Positions 19,656 through 29,178 of a stretch of 64,000 nucleotides of DNA are shown here, in pieces (within the stretch, counting starts at the first letter, position 1; each line of letters opens with the position of its first letter). The notes beneath the pieces were generated by a model that saw only the letters and a program-made list of their open reading frames with translations, had not been told where the DNA came from and made no database searches. A program made the position numbers and the translations under genes. This DNA comes from Nitrosopumilus sp. (GTDB lineage Archaea > Thermoproteota > Nitrososphaeria > Nitrososphaerales > Nitrosopumilaceae), in assembly GCA_965214775.1 (NCBI GenBank), contig OZ243974.1:480001-544000 (forward strand), written 5' to 3'.

Positions 19656-21341
19656 TTGGAGTTTGTAGGGAATCTTGACTTGAAAAAAACTATTCTCGAT
19701 CTATATGAAAAACACAAGAACAGCATACCTGCATTATACAACGACGTACTGCGCGACTCTTTTGACAAGTATCTGAGTGACGATCTTGATCACAAGCTGG
19801 ATAATTCCGTCAGCCATCTGGCAAGCAAGTCATACATAACAAGCATGGATGGAGATGTCTCTCTTCCGGCAAAATACTCAAAACTCCATGACAGCGTTTA
19901 CAGCATAATCAGCGAGATGCGTGACGGCCTCTCCTATAGCAGCCTGATGACAAAAATAATGAACGAGTTTCCATTAATCAGAATCACGTCCCGGATACAG
20001 ATGATTGATGGCATGCTAGACGAGCTGGAGCAAAAACACGTGGTTGTCAGAAGCCGGGCTTACTGGAAGTATTCGCCGGACTCTGATCAGCTGTTCACCT
20101 CTGAAAACTATGGCTACAAGAAAGAGCAAACCAAAAAGGGCATCCTGTCTGCCGGGCGAACCAAATTCTTTGGCCGAAACATAACCCCTGATCAGTTCAT
20201 TTCAGAGATAAACGTCATGGAGACCGGAGATCTTGATGATCTTGATGATCAGGTTACACGTATAGCAGGCCTGGTTCTAAGTGATGCAGCCATGCTGCAG
20301 AGTCCCCGGGACAGCATGAAAGAGTTTGATTTCATTGTAAACCTTACAGACTATAACTTCAGACCAGAGCATGTTGAAATGATGAAAAAGCTTGACTTTC
20401 AGGCAACGTCTGACATATTTCACTGCAAGGTTATGATCAAAGAAAAGATTACCCCAAGTGTACTGACATCGCTCAAGGATGCAGTTCCGCCAGGCGAGCA
20501 GGGCGTCATATTTACGTGTACAAAAGTCAGCCCGGAGATACTGCAGCAGACCAGGGATGACAGGAAGATCCAGATAATAGACGAGGAGGGAATCCGTGAC
20601 TGGTGCTCAATAACCCCCACCATCCCGTGCAGGCGGCACTCCGTTGCCAGGGTCATGTACGGGGATGGCGTAGGCAAGATCGTTTTGGTCAGGTCGCTGA
20701 ACTATGAATCCGGACTGGCAATTGTAGAGACTGCCCCAGATCGCATTGAAACCACGTTCCCAATAGGGTGCCTAAGTGAGATCAATTTACAGGTACACAG
20801 TGCAGATGAGCTTGAAGCTGCATCAAACAGTTATTTTGACTTTGCCTGCCTGTTATCAGATTTAGCACCGAACACTTTTGACGAAGGAATGCAAACAAGG
20901 ATAGTTGCCATTCATGACAGATACATCGATCTTAAGAAAAGCACAAACCCTGAATTGTATGATGGGCCGCATCCTCCCTACCATGTTGAAGAAGACAAAT
21001 ACAAGGGCAGCATGTTTGTAGAATTTGACAACACCTATGCAAGGATTAATTTGAGAAAATACCGGCCAGATGATTTTATTGGTTGTGATTGCGGGCATAG
21101 CCTGAATGAGGAATACCACCATACATTATGCAAGCACCTTGTAGCCACGATTGATCATGCCTGTAGGGATGGACTTGAATGGGATGTGATCAAGCACAAC
21201 ATAGAGACATTAACGGAAAAACTCGTCATAATCCAAGCAAGTAATGTCAAAAGAATGATTGATGCCCTATCATGTGTGATCAGGCCAGAATCAAAACAGG
21301 CGTTCAAGGAATATCTCTTGAAACATGTGGACGATGGCTAG
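19656..21341 (+). CDS. Hypothetical protein with C-terminal SWIM zinc finger, probably 5'-truncated by IS481
   Basis: CDC...LCKHLVA SWIM motif; frame open up to the IS end; TTG start. Confidence 0.65.
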   Translation: MEFVGNLDLKKTILDLYEKHKNSIPALYNDVLRDSFDKYLSDDLDHKLDNSVSHLASKSYITSMDGDVSLPAKYSKLHDSVYSIISEMRDGLSYSSLMTKIMNEFPLIRITSRIQMIDGMLDELEQKHVVVRSRAYWKYSPDSDQLFTSENYGYKKEQTKKGILSAGRTKFFGRNITPDQFISEINVMETGDLDDLDDQVTRIAGLVLSDAAMLQSPRDSMKEFDFIVNLTDYNFRPEHVEMMKKLDFQATSDIFHCKVMIKEKITPSVLTSLKDAVPPGEQGVIFTCTKVSPEILQQTRDDRKIQIIDEEGIRDWCSITPTIPCRRHSVARVMYGDGVGKIVLVRSLNYESGLAIVETAPDRIETTFPIGCLSEINLQVHSADELEAASNSYFDFACLLSDLAPNTFDEGMQTRIVAIHDRYIDLKKSTNPELYDGPHPPYHVEEDKYKGSMFVEFDNTYARINLRKYRPDDFIGCDCGHSLNEEYHHTLCKHLVATIDHACRDGLEWDVIKHNIETLTEKLVIIQASNVKRMIDALSCVIRPESKQAFKEYLLKHVDDG

Positions 21342-21343
21342 CG

Positions 21344-22516
21344 CTAATCCATGCCGGTGATTATTTTTTCTAACATTTTTTTGTCACACCTTGCAATCTC
21401 CTTATCCAACACATGAAATACCCTTAACATGTCGGGTTCATCTTTTAGGTCGCCTTGAATAACATCCTTTAATTCATCCAAACTTTTAGCAGAATGGTTG
21501 CCAGGTTCAATGTCGGATGCCGCGTGTTCGTGTCCTGGCTCCTGCGCGTATTTTGTGGCACCATCGTCTCGATACCATGGGTCATATCCGAGCCTTTCCA
21601 ACATGTGTTCCCATGACTGGAATTCCCCCTCATACTGCGATGCGGTTAGTTCAGAGTGCTCCTCAATTTCCTCCTTTGTGGGGGTGCGTCCGACGATGTG
21701 TCTTACGCGCTCAAACTCCGCTATCATGGATGCCTTGTTTGGCGGATCAATTGTCTTTGCAATCCTGACTAGTACGTCGATGCCGGCCCCGAACTCCTCC
21801 TCGATGTCAATCCTTGTGGTGCCTGTCGGCGGAAAATATTCGTAATTGTCTGAGGAGTGTTTTGGCTCTTTTCTTGCTAGGGCCCGTCCAAGGTCCCTCA
21901 GCATGTGCGCACGACGCTTGTTAAAGTACGACAGATCTGGATCATCATGCCCTTCCTCGTCGTATGACGCGCGAAGCTTTGCCTTGTGTTCTACGTTTCT
22001 TGGGTTTCTTCGCACCATGTAATTACAACAGTTGCAGTACCATCCCGCCGAGCCCATCCTTGCAGGAGACCCGTCCTTAACGTGGCATCCTCTGTAGTCT
22101 AGCCATATGTCGCATATCTGGCACCTGCCCTGCCCCGATTCGTACCTTCCTGTGCCCGTGGGCTTTGTCACTGGCTCCCTCGTCTTAGCATAGTGGTCAA
22201 ATGCCTCAATCTGTCTTAATGCCCACTTTGCATAGTCTGCGCTTCTTGCCGTGAGGTATGCCTCACAAAATCCCTCTATGGGATTTCCAGGTGCTCGGCC
22301 TTCATTGACGAATTTTGCATATCTGGTTACCATGTTCCTATAGGGCTGCGGATTTTTGTGATTTCTCCATGCCAGGTATTCCTCAACAATATCCGGCTCG
22401 TACCTTCCTGTGCCCGTGGGCTTTGTCACCCTGAACTTCCTGCATATCCCCTTGCAGGTTCTCTTCTGTTCCAACACCTGATCATGGGACACGCATTCAA
22501 TAAATCTATAAGTCAC
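21344..22516 (-). CDS. Zinc-finger protein with homing-endonuclease-associated repeat and an internal 86-codon insertion
   Basis: CKGIC...GRYxxGQGRCQIC...CNCC...RRNPR; GRTPT...FQSWEHMLERLG repeat. Confidence 0.7.
   Translation of the reverse strand: MTYRFIECVSHDQVLEQKRTCKGICRKFRVTKPTGTGRYEPDIVEEYLAWRNHKNPQPYRNMVTRYAKFVNEGRAPGNPIEGFCEAYLTARSADYAKWALRQIEAFDHYAKTREPVTKPTGTGRYESGQGRCQICDIWLDYRGCHVKDGSPARMGSAGWYCNCCNYMVRRNPRNVEHKAKLRASYDEEGHDDPDLSYFNKRRAHMLRDLGRALARKEPKHSSDNYEYFPPTGTTRIDIEEEFGAGIDVLVRIAKTIDPPNKASMIAEFERVRHIVGRTPTKEEIEEHSELTASQYEGEFQSWEHMLERLGYDPWYRDDGATKYAQEPGHEHAASDIEPGNHSAKSLDELKDVIQGDLKDEPDMLRVFHVLDKEIARCDKKMLEKIITGMD
22140..22429. repeat. 32-bp perfect direct repeat (22140-22171, 22398-22429) within the CDS
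   Basis: tcgtaccttcctgtgcccgtgggctttgtcac twice, 258 bp apart. Confidence 0.95.
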
Positions 22517-22533
22517 GGGTCTTAGTAAAGACC

Positions 22534-22701
22534 ATGAGAGATACCATAGGAGGCCGTCCCTACGAGGTAAGAAAGGACGGATCCAAGTATGTCATCAGTT
22601 TCTATCCGCAAGCAAAGAACGCAAAGAACCCGGATGCCGTCCTGTTTCGGCTGACGCTGACCAAGGACGAGATCAAAAAGCTGGCAAAGATTGCAGCGTG
22701 A
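22534..22701 (+). CDS. Small hypothetical protein (55 aa), below the ORF-track cutoff
   Basis: MRDTIGGRPYEVRKDGSKYVISFYPQAKNAKNPDAVLFRLTLTKDEIKKLAKIAA. Confidence 0.5.
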   Translation: MRDTIGGRPYEVRKDGSKYVISFYPQAKNAKNPDAVLFRLTLTKDEIKKLAKIAA

Positions 22702-22713
22702 GTTGGGACGGGT

Positions 22714-23148
22714 TTGAATGGCGGACGGCACGATCCTCACAAATACGGCGAGGAGTATGATGCAGGAGTGGAGTCGATACGACGGCATGGCTCGGGATCC
22801 GTGACGTATCATCCTGGCATGGGATCCTGCATAGATCTTGCAAATCCAGACGAAAAGGACGCACTCTTTGAGAGGCTTACGGATGGCGGACAGCCGGTCT
22901 ACCTGATCTCCGTCACCAACAACAGAAAGGACTTTGACGAGGAGTCCAGAAACGAGTATATCAGGTTTCGCAAGCAGGGGGCAGACGTGATGCTGGGGCA
23001 GTGGATCGACATCAACGGCTTCACGTACAGGGATGTCACTGTGGCAATCTCTGGAATCGGGCGTGAGGAGGCGTTAAAGTATAAACATGAGTACGGCCAA
23101 GCATACATAGTGGTGATGGAAAGATATGGCCCTCCAAGACTCATCTAG
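22714..23148 (+). CDS. Hypothetical protein homologous to 5298-5936
   Basis: LGQWID...YRDVTVAIS...ALKYKHEYGQAYIVV. Confidence 0.6.
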   Translation: MNGGRHDPHKYGEEYDAGVESIRRHGSGSVTYHPGMGSCIDLANPDEKDALFERLTDGGQPVYLISVTNNRKDFDEESRNEYIRFRKQGADVMLGQWIDINGFTYRDVTVAISGIGREEALKYKHEYGQAYIVVMERYGPPRLI

Positions 23149-23311
23149 CAAAAAGACGTTCAAGAATACGTTTGCCCCGCATGTGGGCAACAAGGAGCTG
23201 GATGTGCAGGCGGTGATAATGGGACTGCGGGTGTCGTTGTTCCACCACGAGGATCTGCCGCCAGAGGTACAAGAGGCCGTCGCATCCGAGCTTGCCAGAC
23301 AAGAGCGCTGA
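23126..23311 (+). CDS. Small protein overlapping the upstream gene by 23 bp (candidate immunity/antitoxin)
   Basis: Clear paralogue of 23491-23694 (KTFKNTFAPH...LDVQA...EDLP.EVQ). Confidence 0.65.
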   Translation: MALQDSSSKKTFKNTFAPHVGNKELDVQAVIMGLRVSLFHHEDLPPEVQEAVASELARQER

Positions 23312-23490
23312 TTCGAAATTAACAGATTCTGATTGTCTGTGAGCGAATTTGCATGACGGTCCAAAACATCAGCAAAATACGAATTATCTGCGAAGTCGCT
23401 TGAAAAACTCGTACGGCTTCTGATTTCGGATCATCTATCAGGGGAAGGGTAAGCTTTTATCCCAAATGTCAATACTGGAGATAAGAAAAG

Positions 23491-23694
23491 ATGACACTGC
23501 GTAATTCCTCCAACCAAAAGACGTTCAAGAACACGTTTGCGCCCCACATAAGAAACGAGACGCTGGATGTCCAGGCCATAGTGGCGGGGTTGCGGACAAC
23601 CCTGATCCACTCCGAGGATCTGCCGAAAGAGGTGCAGGACGCAGTGGTGGACGAGCTTGAAAGGCTTGCAAAGACCAGGCAGGGCGGGGCATGA
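23491..23694 (+). CDS. Orphan paralogue of 23126-23311
   Basis: Shared KTFKNTFAPH and LDVQA...EDLP motifs. Confidence 0.65.
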   Translation: MTLRNSSNQKTFKNTFAPHIRNETLDVQAIVAGLRTTLIHSEDLPKEVQDAVVDELERLAKTRQGGA

Positions 23695-23758
23695 TCCACA
23701 GTCTGCAGTACCTGGATGTTTGTGGAACCGGTAACGACTTTGGCTCTGCCAGCATGCT

Positions 23759-23867
23759 GTCTCACAATGCAACCGCATTTCAAATTTTCCGATGCCTTCG
23801 ATTTTTCTGAGCTTACCGCTCGGCAAATCGAGTCTCACAATGCAACCGCATTTCAAATTTTCCGATG
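23759..23867. repeat. Two identical 36-bp direct repeats separated by 37 bp
   Basis: gtctcacaatgcaaccgcatttcaaattttccgatg at 23759-23794 and 23832-23867. Confidence 0.9.
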
Positions 23868-23917
23868 AGAACACCATGCGGTACAACATAAAGCCGGTTT
23901 CGTCCTCACATTATGCG

Positions 23918-24394
23918 GTGGCGACGATGATCATAATGGCAGGCATCCCGGGCTCGGGCAAGACCACGCTTGCAAAGACGCAATACCCCGGATTCGAGAG
24001 GGTCTCCCTTGACGACATACGGCTGATGCCAGCAGGGGAGAGGCGCAGGCTGCTGGAGGCATCGCGCTCCCATGCCGACATTGCGCCCTACACGAGCAGG
24101 GAGCGGCGCATGGAGCATGTCCTGATAGAGCGGGCACTGGAGAAAGGCAGGGACATCGTAGTAGATGACACCAACACGACGGCGGAGATACGCTCAGTCC
24201 ACATAGCACACGCCTCAAAGTACGGCTACGACATACACGCCGTCTCCTTTTACAACTTTGATGCTGCTGCAGACAGGAACCGACAGCGGAGTGGAGGGGA
24301 ACGCATTCCCGATGCTGCAGTCGCGGCCAAGCGCAGCGAGTTTGAGCCGCCCAAAATCGAGGAGGGCTTTGAGTCTGTCCGCGCCATATTCTAG
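23918..24394 (+). CDS. P-loop kinase (AAA_33 / polynucleotide-kinase-like)
   Basis: IIMAGIPGSGKTT, VVDDTN, RNRQR, EGF. Confidence 0.8.
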   Translation: MATMIIMAGIPGSGKTTLAKTQYPGFERVSLDDIRLMPAGERRRLLEASRSHADIAPYTSRERRMEHVLIERALEKGRDIVVDDTNTTAEIRSVHIAHASKYGYDIHAVSFYNFDAAADRNRQRSGGERIPDAAVAAKRSEFEPPKIEEGFESVRAIF

Positions 24395-24796
24395 ATGGAA
24401 AAAAAGCGCCGCATTTCCAGGAATCCGTCCCAGGCGGCACAAGCCCGCCGGCAGGCCCGCACAATCTCAATCCCCGCAAAATTCGACATACGGGCTCAAA
24501 ATTAAGATTTAACGTTTGAAGAGCGCCTTCATTTTAATCGCATGCCTCCTGGCTTGAGGGGGGAGGGAGGGAGGAGGGCGCGTAAATCTGGTTTTGTAGA
24601 AACTTGGAAATCAAACTTGTATTTTGTGGGCAGCAGATGGCGCATTCGCAACAACTCTGGCCAAATTAACAGAACCAATAATTCGCAATCCTTCAAGTAT
24701 GATCCAAGGCGATCTCGTACCGGGACACGATCACAACTCTAAAATCACATGCCCACATTGGACATCCATGCGGAAGGCAGCTGCAGGAATCTGGCC

Positions 24797-26950
24797 ATGA
24801 ACTTGTATTTCAGATCAGCCCCGCTCGTCCTTGCTGTCACGGCAGTCCTGATCGTATTCTCTCCCGGCCCGGCAGAAGGCCAGTTGTATACCGGAGTTCT
24901 GGAGCTGGACGGGATCCCGTCAGTCGTACAGGCGGGCAGCCCCGTGACCTTCTCGGGATACCTGACCACGACATCCGGGTTTGCCGTGCCAGACGCCGTG
25001 ATCTATATCAAGGACGACGTCACATTTGGGCGCGACAGGATCATGGCGACCCTATTGACCGATGACGCAGGCAGGTTTCACTGGACTTGGGTAGCACAGC
25101 AGCGCAGCAGCGGCAACTGGGACTTTTATGCGGTCTTTGAGGGCAGCGGCAACGTGCGCAGTGCACGCAGCAGTACCGAGGCCGTTGCAGTCTCATCAGG
25201 CCACACGCCAGTGCCTTCCGACTCGTCGTCATCCCGTCGTGCCTCCATAGTCTTGGACAAGATCCCGTCCGCGGTTTACGCAGGGGAATCAGTCACGTTT
25301 ACAGGCCGGCTTACGTCAAACGGATACCCGCTTGCCGACAGGCTCGTGAAGATCAACGAGGACGATCCGCTCCTGCCCGATCAGCGGCTCGGATACCAGA
25401 GGACCGACAGGAACGGAGAGTTTGCGATAACGTGGCGGGTCGGTGCGGGACTAGTCGAGGACGACTTTGACATATATGCGGCCTTTGACGGCGATGGCAC
25501 CTACCAGGGGGCCAGATCATACAACCAGGAGATGGCCGTCATGAAGTATGGCGGCTCGATAGACCTTGATCCCATACCTAGATCCGCAAAGGTGGGCGAG
25601 ACTGTCACGTTCTCCGGGACGCTGAGCCTTGACGGTCACAGCACCGAGGGCGCCGTCGTATACATCATGGACGAGGACACGCTAACACGTGACGACCTCC
25701 TTGTGGCCGCCTACGTCGACGGGAGCGGCAGGTTCTCTGCCAACTGGCTCGTAACCGACGTCGACCCTGACGGGGTCGCAGACATCTACGCGGTCTTTGA
25801 GGGAAACGACATCCTGTCCAGGCTGACAACGTGCGACCCCGGACCAACCAGGGCGTTTGGAGGCATGTGCACGGACACGAAAAAGATCTCGATATCGGGA
25901 TACGCCTCCCGGGAGCCGCCCAACGTGGACATCACGGGCCCGTACATGGAGTTGTATTACTCGCTCCCGTTTCAGCATTCCCCACGCGTTGCCATAGTGC
26001 CGTCCCCCTACTCGTATGACGATGTCAGGAGCCATATCGTGCCAGTGAAGGAGGGCATACTGATGTGGACAGGCATGATGAAGCAGGAGCACGGCGGCAG
26101 CTGGGACGTCACGTTTGATGTCATAATACCTGGTGACTCGTTCCCGTCCCGGCCCGATGTAATAGTCAACCTTGTCACCCATGATGTCCATAGGAGTTGC
26201 TACAGTGATTATTACGGCGTAGCAAAAATCTTTTCCAACCCAAAAGTACCCGTCTATACATGGGTCTGCTCCACATCTGAGGGCAAAAAGCGGCCAGACT
26301 ACGAAGTCTCAGCTACTGCCGCCCATGAGTTCATCCATGCCGTCGGACTCGGCCACACGTTCAACAAGCCCGGCGATCTTTTGTGCAGTGTAGAGGATGG
26401 TATAAACACGTGTCCGCAGTCGCCGTATCCCAATTCTAAGACTCCATCCGATCTAAACCTTGAGGCCGTAGCGCATATTTACGGAACGGATGGGTTCACC
26501 ATGCCCAACAATCTCGTGCAGTACCGTGAAGTGTTTACTGGCAGCAGCCCGCCGGCCGGAGACGACGGCGTGGATCAGGTACCGGGGGTTGCGCGGGGGA
26601 TGTCCCACGGCTGTCCGCTGGAGGGATACACCTACGACGTGTGGGTGGACGGTGAAACAATCGAGCCGGGATGGTCTATCTGGTATGACATATGCAGTAC
26701 GACTCCCATTTACTACTCGTTCACGACGGACGATCCCGAGGACGGATTCTTGCTGTACCTGCTTCCGCCCGAAACCGACATCGACGACTTCATAAGCTAT
26801 GGTGCCGGCAGCTACTACACCTGCGAGGAGTACGATGTGTCTTGGCATTCCAAGTCGAACACCTGCAAAGTCGAGCTCGGCTCAAAGCTGGTCATACACA
26901 ACGACGGCATGAATGCGATACGGATAGTCGACGGCTATATACGAAACTAG
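24797..26950 (+). CDS. Secreted matrixin-like (metzincin) zinc metalloprotease with three Ig-like repeats
   Basis: Signal peptide; three repeats VTFSGxL...YAVFEG; HEFIHAVGLGH. Confidence 0.8.
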   Translation: MNLYFRSAPLVLAVTAVLIVFSPGPAEGQLYTGVLELDGIPSVVQAGSPVTFSGYLTTTSGFAVPDAVIYIKDDVTFGRDRIMATLLTDDAGRFHWTWVAQQRSSGNWDFYAVFEGSGNVRSARSSTEAVAVSSGHTPVPSDSSSSRRASIVLDKIPSAVYAGESVTFTGRLTSNGYPLADRLVKINEDDPLLPDQRLGYQRTDRNGEFAITWRVGAGLVEDDFDIYAAFDGDGTYQGARSYNQEMAVMKYGGSIDLDPIPRSAKVGETVTFSGTLSLDGHSTEGAVVYIMDEDTLTRDDLLVAAYVDGSGRFSANWLVTDVDPDGVADIYAVFEGNDILSRLTTCDPGPTRAFGGMCTDTKKISISGYASREPPNVDITGPYMELYYSLPFQHSPRVAIVPSPYSYDDVRSHIVPVKEGILMWTGMMKQEHGGSWDVTFDVIIPGDSFPSRPDVIVNLVTHDVHRSCYSDYYGVAKIFSNPKVPVYTWVCSTSEGKKRPDYEVSATAAHEFIHAVGLGHTFNKPGDLLCSVEDGINTCPQSPYPNSKTPSDLNLEAVAHIYGTDGFTMPNNLVQYREVFTGSSPPAGDDGVDQVPGVARGMSHGCPLEGYTYDVWVDGETIEPGWSIWYDICSTTPIYYSFTTDDPEDGFLLYLLPPETDIDDFISYGAGSYYTCEEYDVSWHSKSNTCKVELGSKLVIHNDGMNAIRIVDGYIRN

Positions 26951-27017
26951 GCCGATACCCTGCGCCTTGCCGTCTGGTTGAGTCCAACCTGAACTTCCAG
27001 AGCACGACCTGTTACCT

Positions 27018-27101
27018 ATCAGGCTTTGCGTAATCGGTCCAGATCTAGGATTATTACGAACAAATTCATCGCACTCAGGCCGATCACGCATAAAGTCTAA
27101 T
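27018..27101. repeat. MITE-like repeat family C (degenerate copy)
   Basis: Ends atcaggctttgcgtaatcgg / ccgatcacgcataaagtctaat resemble the TIR at 28617-28700. Confidence 0.55.
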
Positions 27102-27138
27102 GAAACTTGTAATCAAACAAGACACTTGGACCAAGCAA

Positions 27139-28596
27139 TCAGATGTAGACATTTTTAGTTTGAACTTGAGTGGTCAAATTCGTTCGTTTTTTGACAATGT
27201 TCATAGCTAGGCCAAAACATTTGGCGGCAAGTTTTTCTGTAATCTCATGTCCTTCATGAATTACGTCATTTCGAAGGCCTTGCAGTGAACGTAATTCCAC
27301 GTATTCGTCATCTGGAATAACTTTATCCAAATGAAGAATTTCTAACACTCGATACAGATCCCATCTGTCAAGATCATCACGGATTCTTTTACTTACTCTT
27401 GCTGAAAGTAATTTTTGCATCCACAAACCATAGATATGTCTTTCAACAATTATCCATGAGGTTATGAAGGATTGGGAATTATCGCCGTTTGACAATTGGG
27501 TATAAGAGCTAAGAAGTAATTTTAAAAGGTTAACATGTTCGTCGTTTGCTAAAATATTTTCAGCTGTTCTAAGAACATTTTCTAAATCACCTATAGAAAT
27601 CTGAGTTCTGGCATTCAGGTGCGCAGGTGGTTGCTTCAAACGAAAATGAAAAAGATCTAATCTTTGTGAAGTACCATGCCATGAAGAACCTGTAATTTTG
27701 TGTGTTTTGTTATCGAATGTTACCTCAGCTAAATCCGAAGAAGACAAAGATTGTAAAGGAATGCCAGATACTACTGCCACAGACATAATTGCACTAAAAA
27801 TTTTCTCAACAGATTCTTTATCGGTGCTTTCAATTCCTATCAATCCCCCTTTTGTGATAACCAATGCATGGTTTTGGAAATTTTTTGCAACCACATATTC
27901 TTCTAGTACAGCATATTCCTGTTGTTGTATTCGTTGTTTAATAGTAGGTTTAAAATCGCCAAAAAGAACCGGAGGATAAAAATAAGTGCCCAAACCAGCA
28001 TTCTGATCAGGAATAAATTCGCGTATTTGAGCAGTTTTTTCAGTTTTGTCTCGTTTAAAATCCGCTCTGTATCCCAGAACACGATCAATGGCATATTTGT
28101 CAAAATCAATATCCGATAAATTGCCATAAAGATCCCAGGTAGCCAATTTTTGATTATGCAAAGATTGACTGCCAATACGCGCATCATCGGAGACCATTTT
28201 TGGCATATTATTAACATGCTTTCCAAATGTGACAACAGCATTTTCGACTGACTCTTTAAAGCTAGAGGTGGTAAATTCTTTAATTTCTGGAAGATTCACA
28301 TGCTCCCACAAAGAGTTAGAAGCGAATTGTTCTAATTTGTCCAAGAACGAGTCATGTTGTAGCGGACATAAGAAAATACTTTTGTCATCTAAAGAATCAA
28401 GATGAGTTTTGATCAGCAGGTGATAACTGTTGTTAGGAGAGCTCAGGATGTGGATTTGACACGGTTCTCTTAATGACGAAATCATCTGCTCTTTTTTCTT
28501 TTCTTCAGCAGTAAGATTCTCAAACTCAGTTCTGAATGTGTCTATCATTCTTGTTAATTTTTGTTCGATAGATTCTTGTTGACTCATACAATGCAT
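27139..28596 (-). CDS. HEPN-domain protein (putative RNase effector)
   Basis: C-terminal SWIIVE...LRNDVIH (Rx4H) HEPN motif. Confidence 0.7.
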   Translation of the reverse strand: MHCMSQQESIEQKLTRMIDTFRTEFENLTAEEKKKEQMISSLREPCQIHILSSPNNSYHLLIKTHLDSLDDKSIFLCPLQHDSFLDKLEQFASNSLWEHVNLPEIKEFTTSSFKESVENAVVTFGKHVNNMPKMVSDDARIGSQSLHNQKLATWDLYGNLSDIDFDKYAIDRVLGYRADFKRDKTEKTAQIREFIPDQNAGLGTYFYPPVLFGDFKPTIKQRIQQQEYAVLEEYVVAKNFQNHALVITKGGLIGIESTDKESVEKIFSAIMSVAVVSGIPLQSLSSSDLAEVTFDNKTHKITGSSWHGTSQRLDLFHFRLKQPPAHLNARTQISIGDLENVLRTAENILANDEHVNLLKLLLSSYTQLSNGDNSQSFITSWIIVERHIYGLWMQKLLSARVSKRIRDDLDRWDLYRVLEILHLDKVIPDDEYVELRSLQGLRNDVIHEGHEITEKLAAKCFGLAMNIVKKRTNLTTQVQTKNVYI

Positions 28597-28616
28597 GATA
28601 TTCAGAATGCATCGCT

Positions 28617-28700
28617 ATTAGACCTTATGCGTATTTTCCAAAAATGACGTAAAAGCTGCCTGATTTTTTTGATTTGAACCAATTACGCATAAGGTCTAAT
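28617..28700. repeat. MITE family C, 84 bp, perfect 17-bp TIR
   Basis: attagaccttatgcgta ... tacgcataaggtctaat; inverted copy at 42280-42362. Confidence 0.8.
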
Positions 28701-28770
28701 GTGTGTTCTTGTCCAGTTTCCGTTTTTGCTCGATCTTTTTGATACGTTTCACTTAGCTGATCAGGAACGG

Positions 28771-29178
28771 CTATTCAAAGAAGAGATAGGTGGGTTTCTT
28801 GTCAACATCTGTAGAAATCCCAAATAATACACCTTCATGATTTTCAACGCGTTCCGCAAAATTACAAAGATTTTCTAAAAATGCTTTTTTGGATCTTTTC
28901 ATTAGTTTTTCATGAGTATTGTATTTAGAAACATATTCAGCTGTAGCATCAAGTCGTGATATTTCAGGCTGTTGTGCGGCTGTTCGTTCTTTCTCATATT
29001 GTTCCTCATATGTTTCAATAGAATCCTTTTCCTTTGATATGGCGTCTAAATTATCAAATGTTTGTTCGACATATGTTTCACAAGGACAAGGCAGGGTTCT
29101 AATGGTTTTATGAACGCATTTTTTTCCACAACTGTGTGTAAATGGTGGATGTCCACAATCTTTACAAATTTTTATCAT
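28771..29178 (-). CDS. Hypothetical protein with N-terminal Cys/His cluster
   Basis: CKDCGH...H.C...C...CPC. Confidence 0.55.
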   Translation of the reverse strand: MIKICKDCGHPPFTHSCGKKCVHKTIRTLPCPCETYVEQTFDNLDAISKEKDSIETYEEQYEKERTAAQQPEISRLDATAEYVSKYNTHEKLMKRSKKAFLENLCNFAERVENHEGVLFGISTDVDKKPTYLFFE

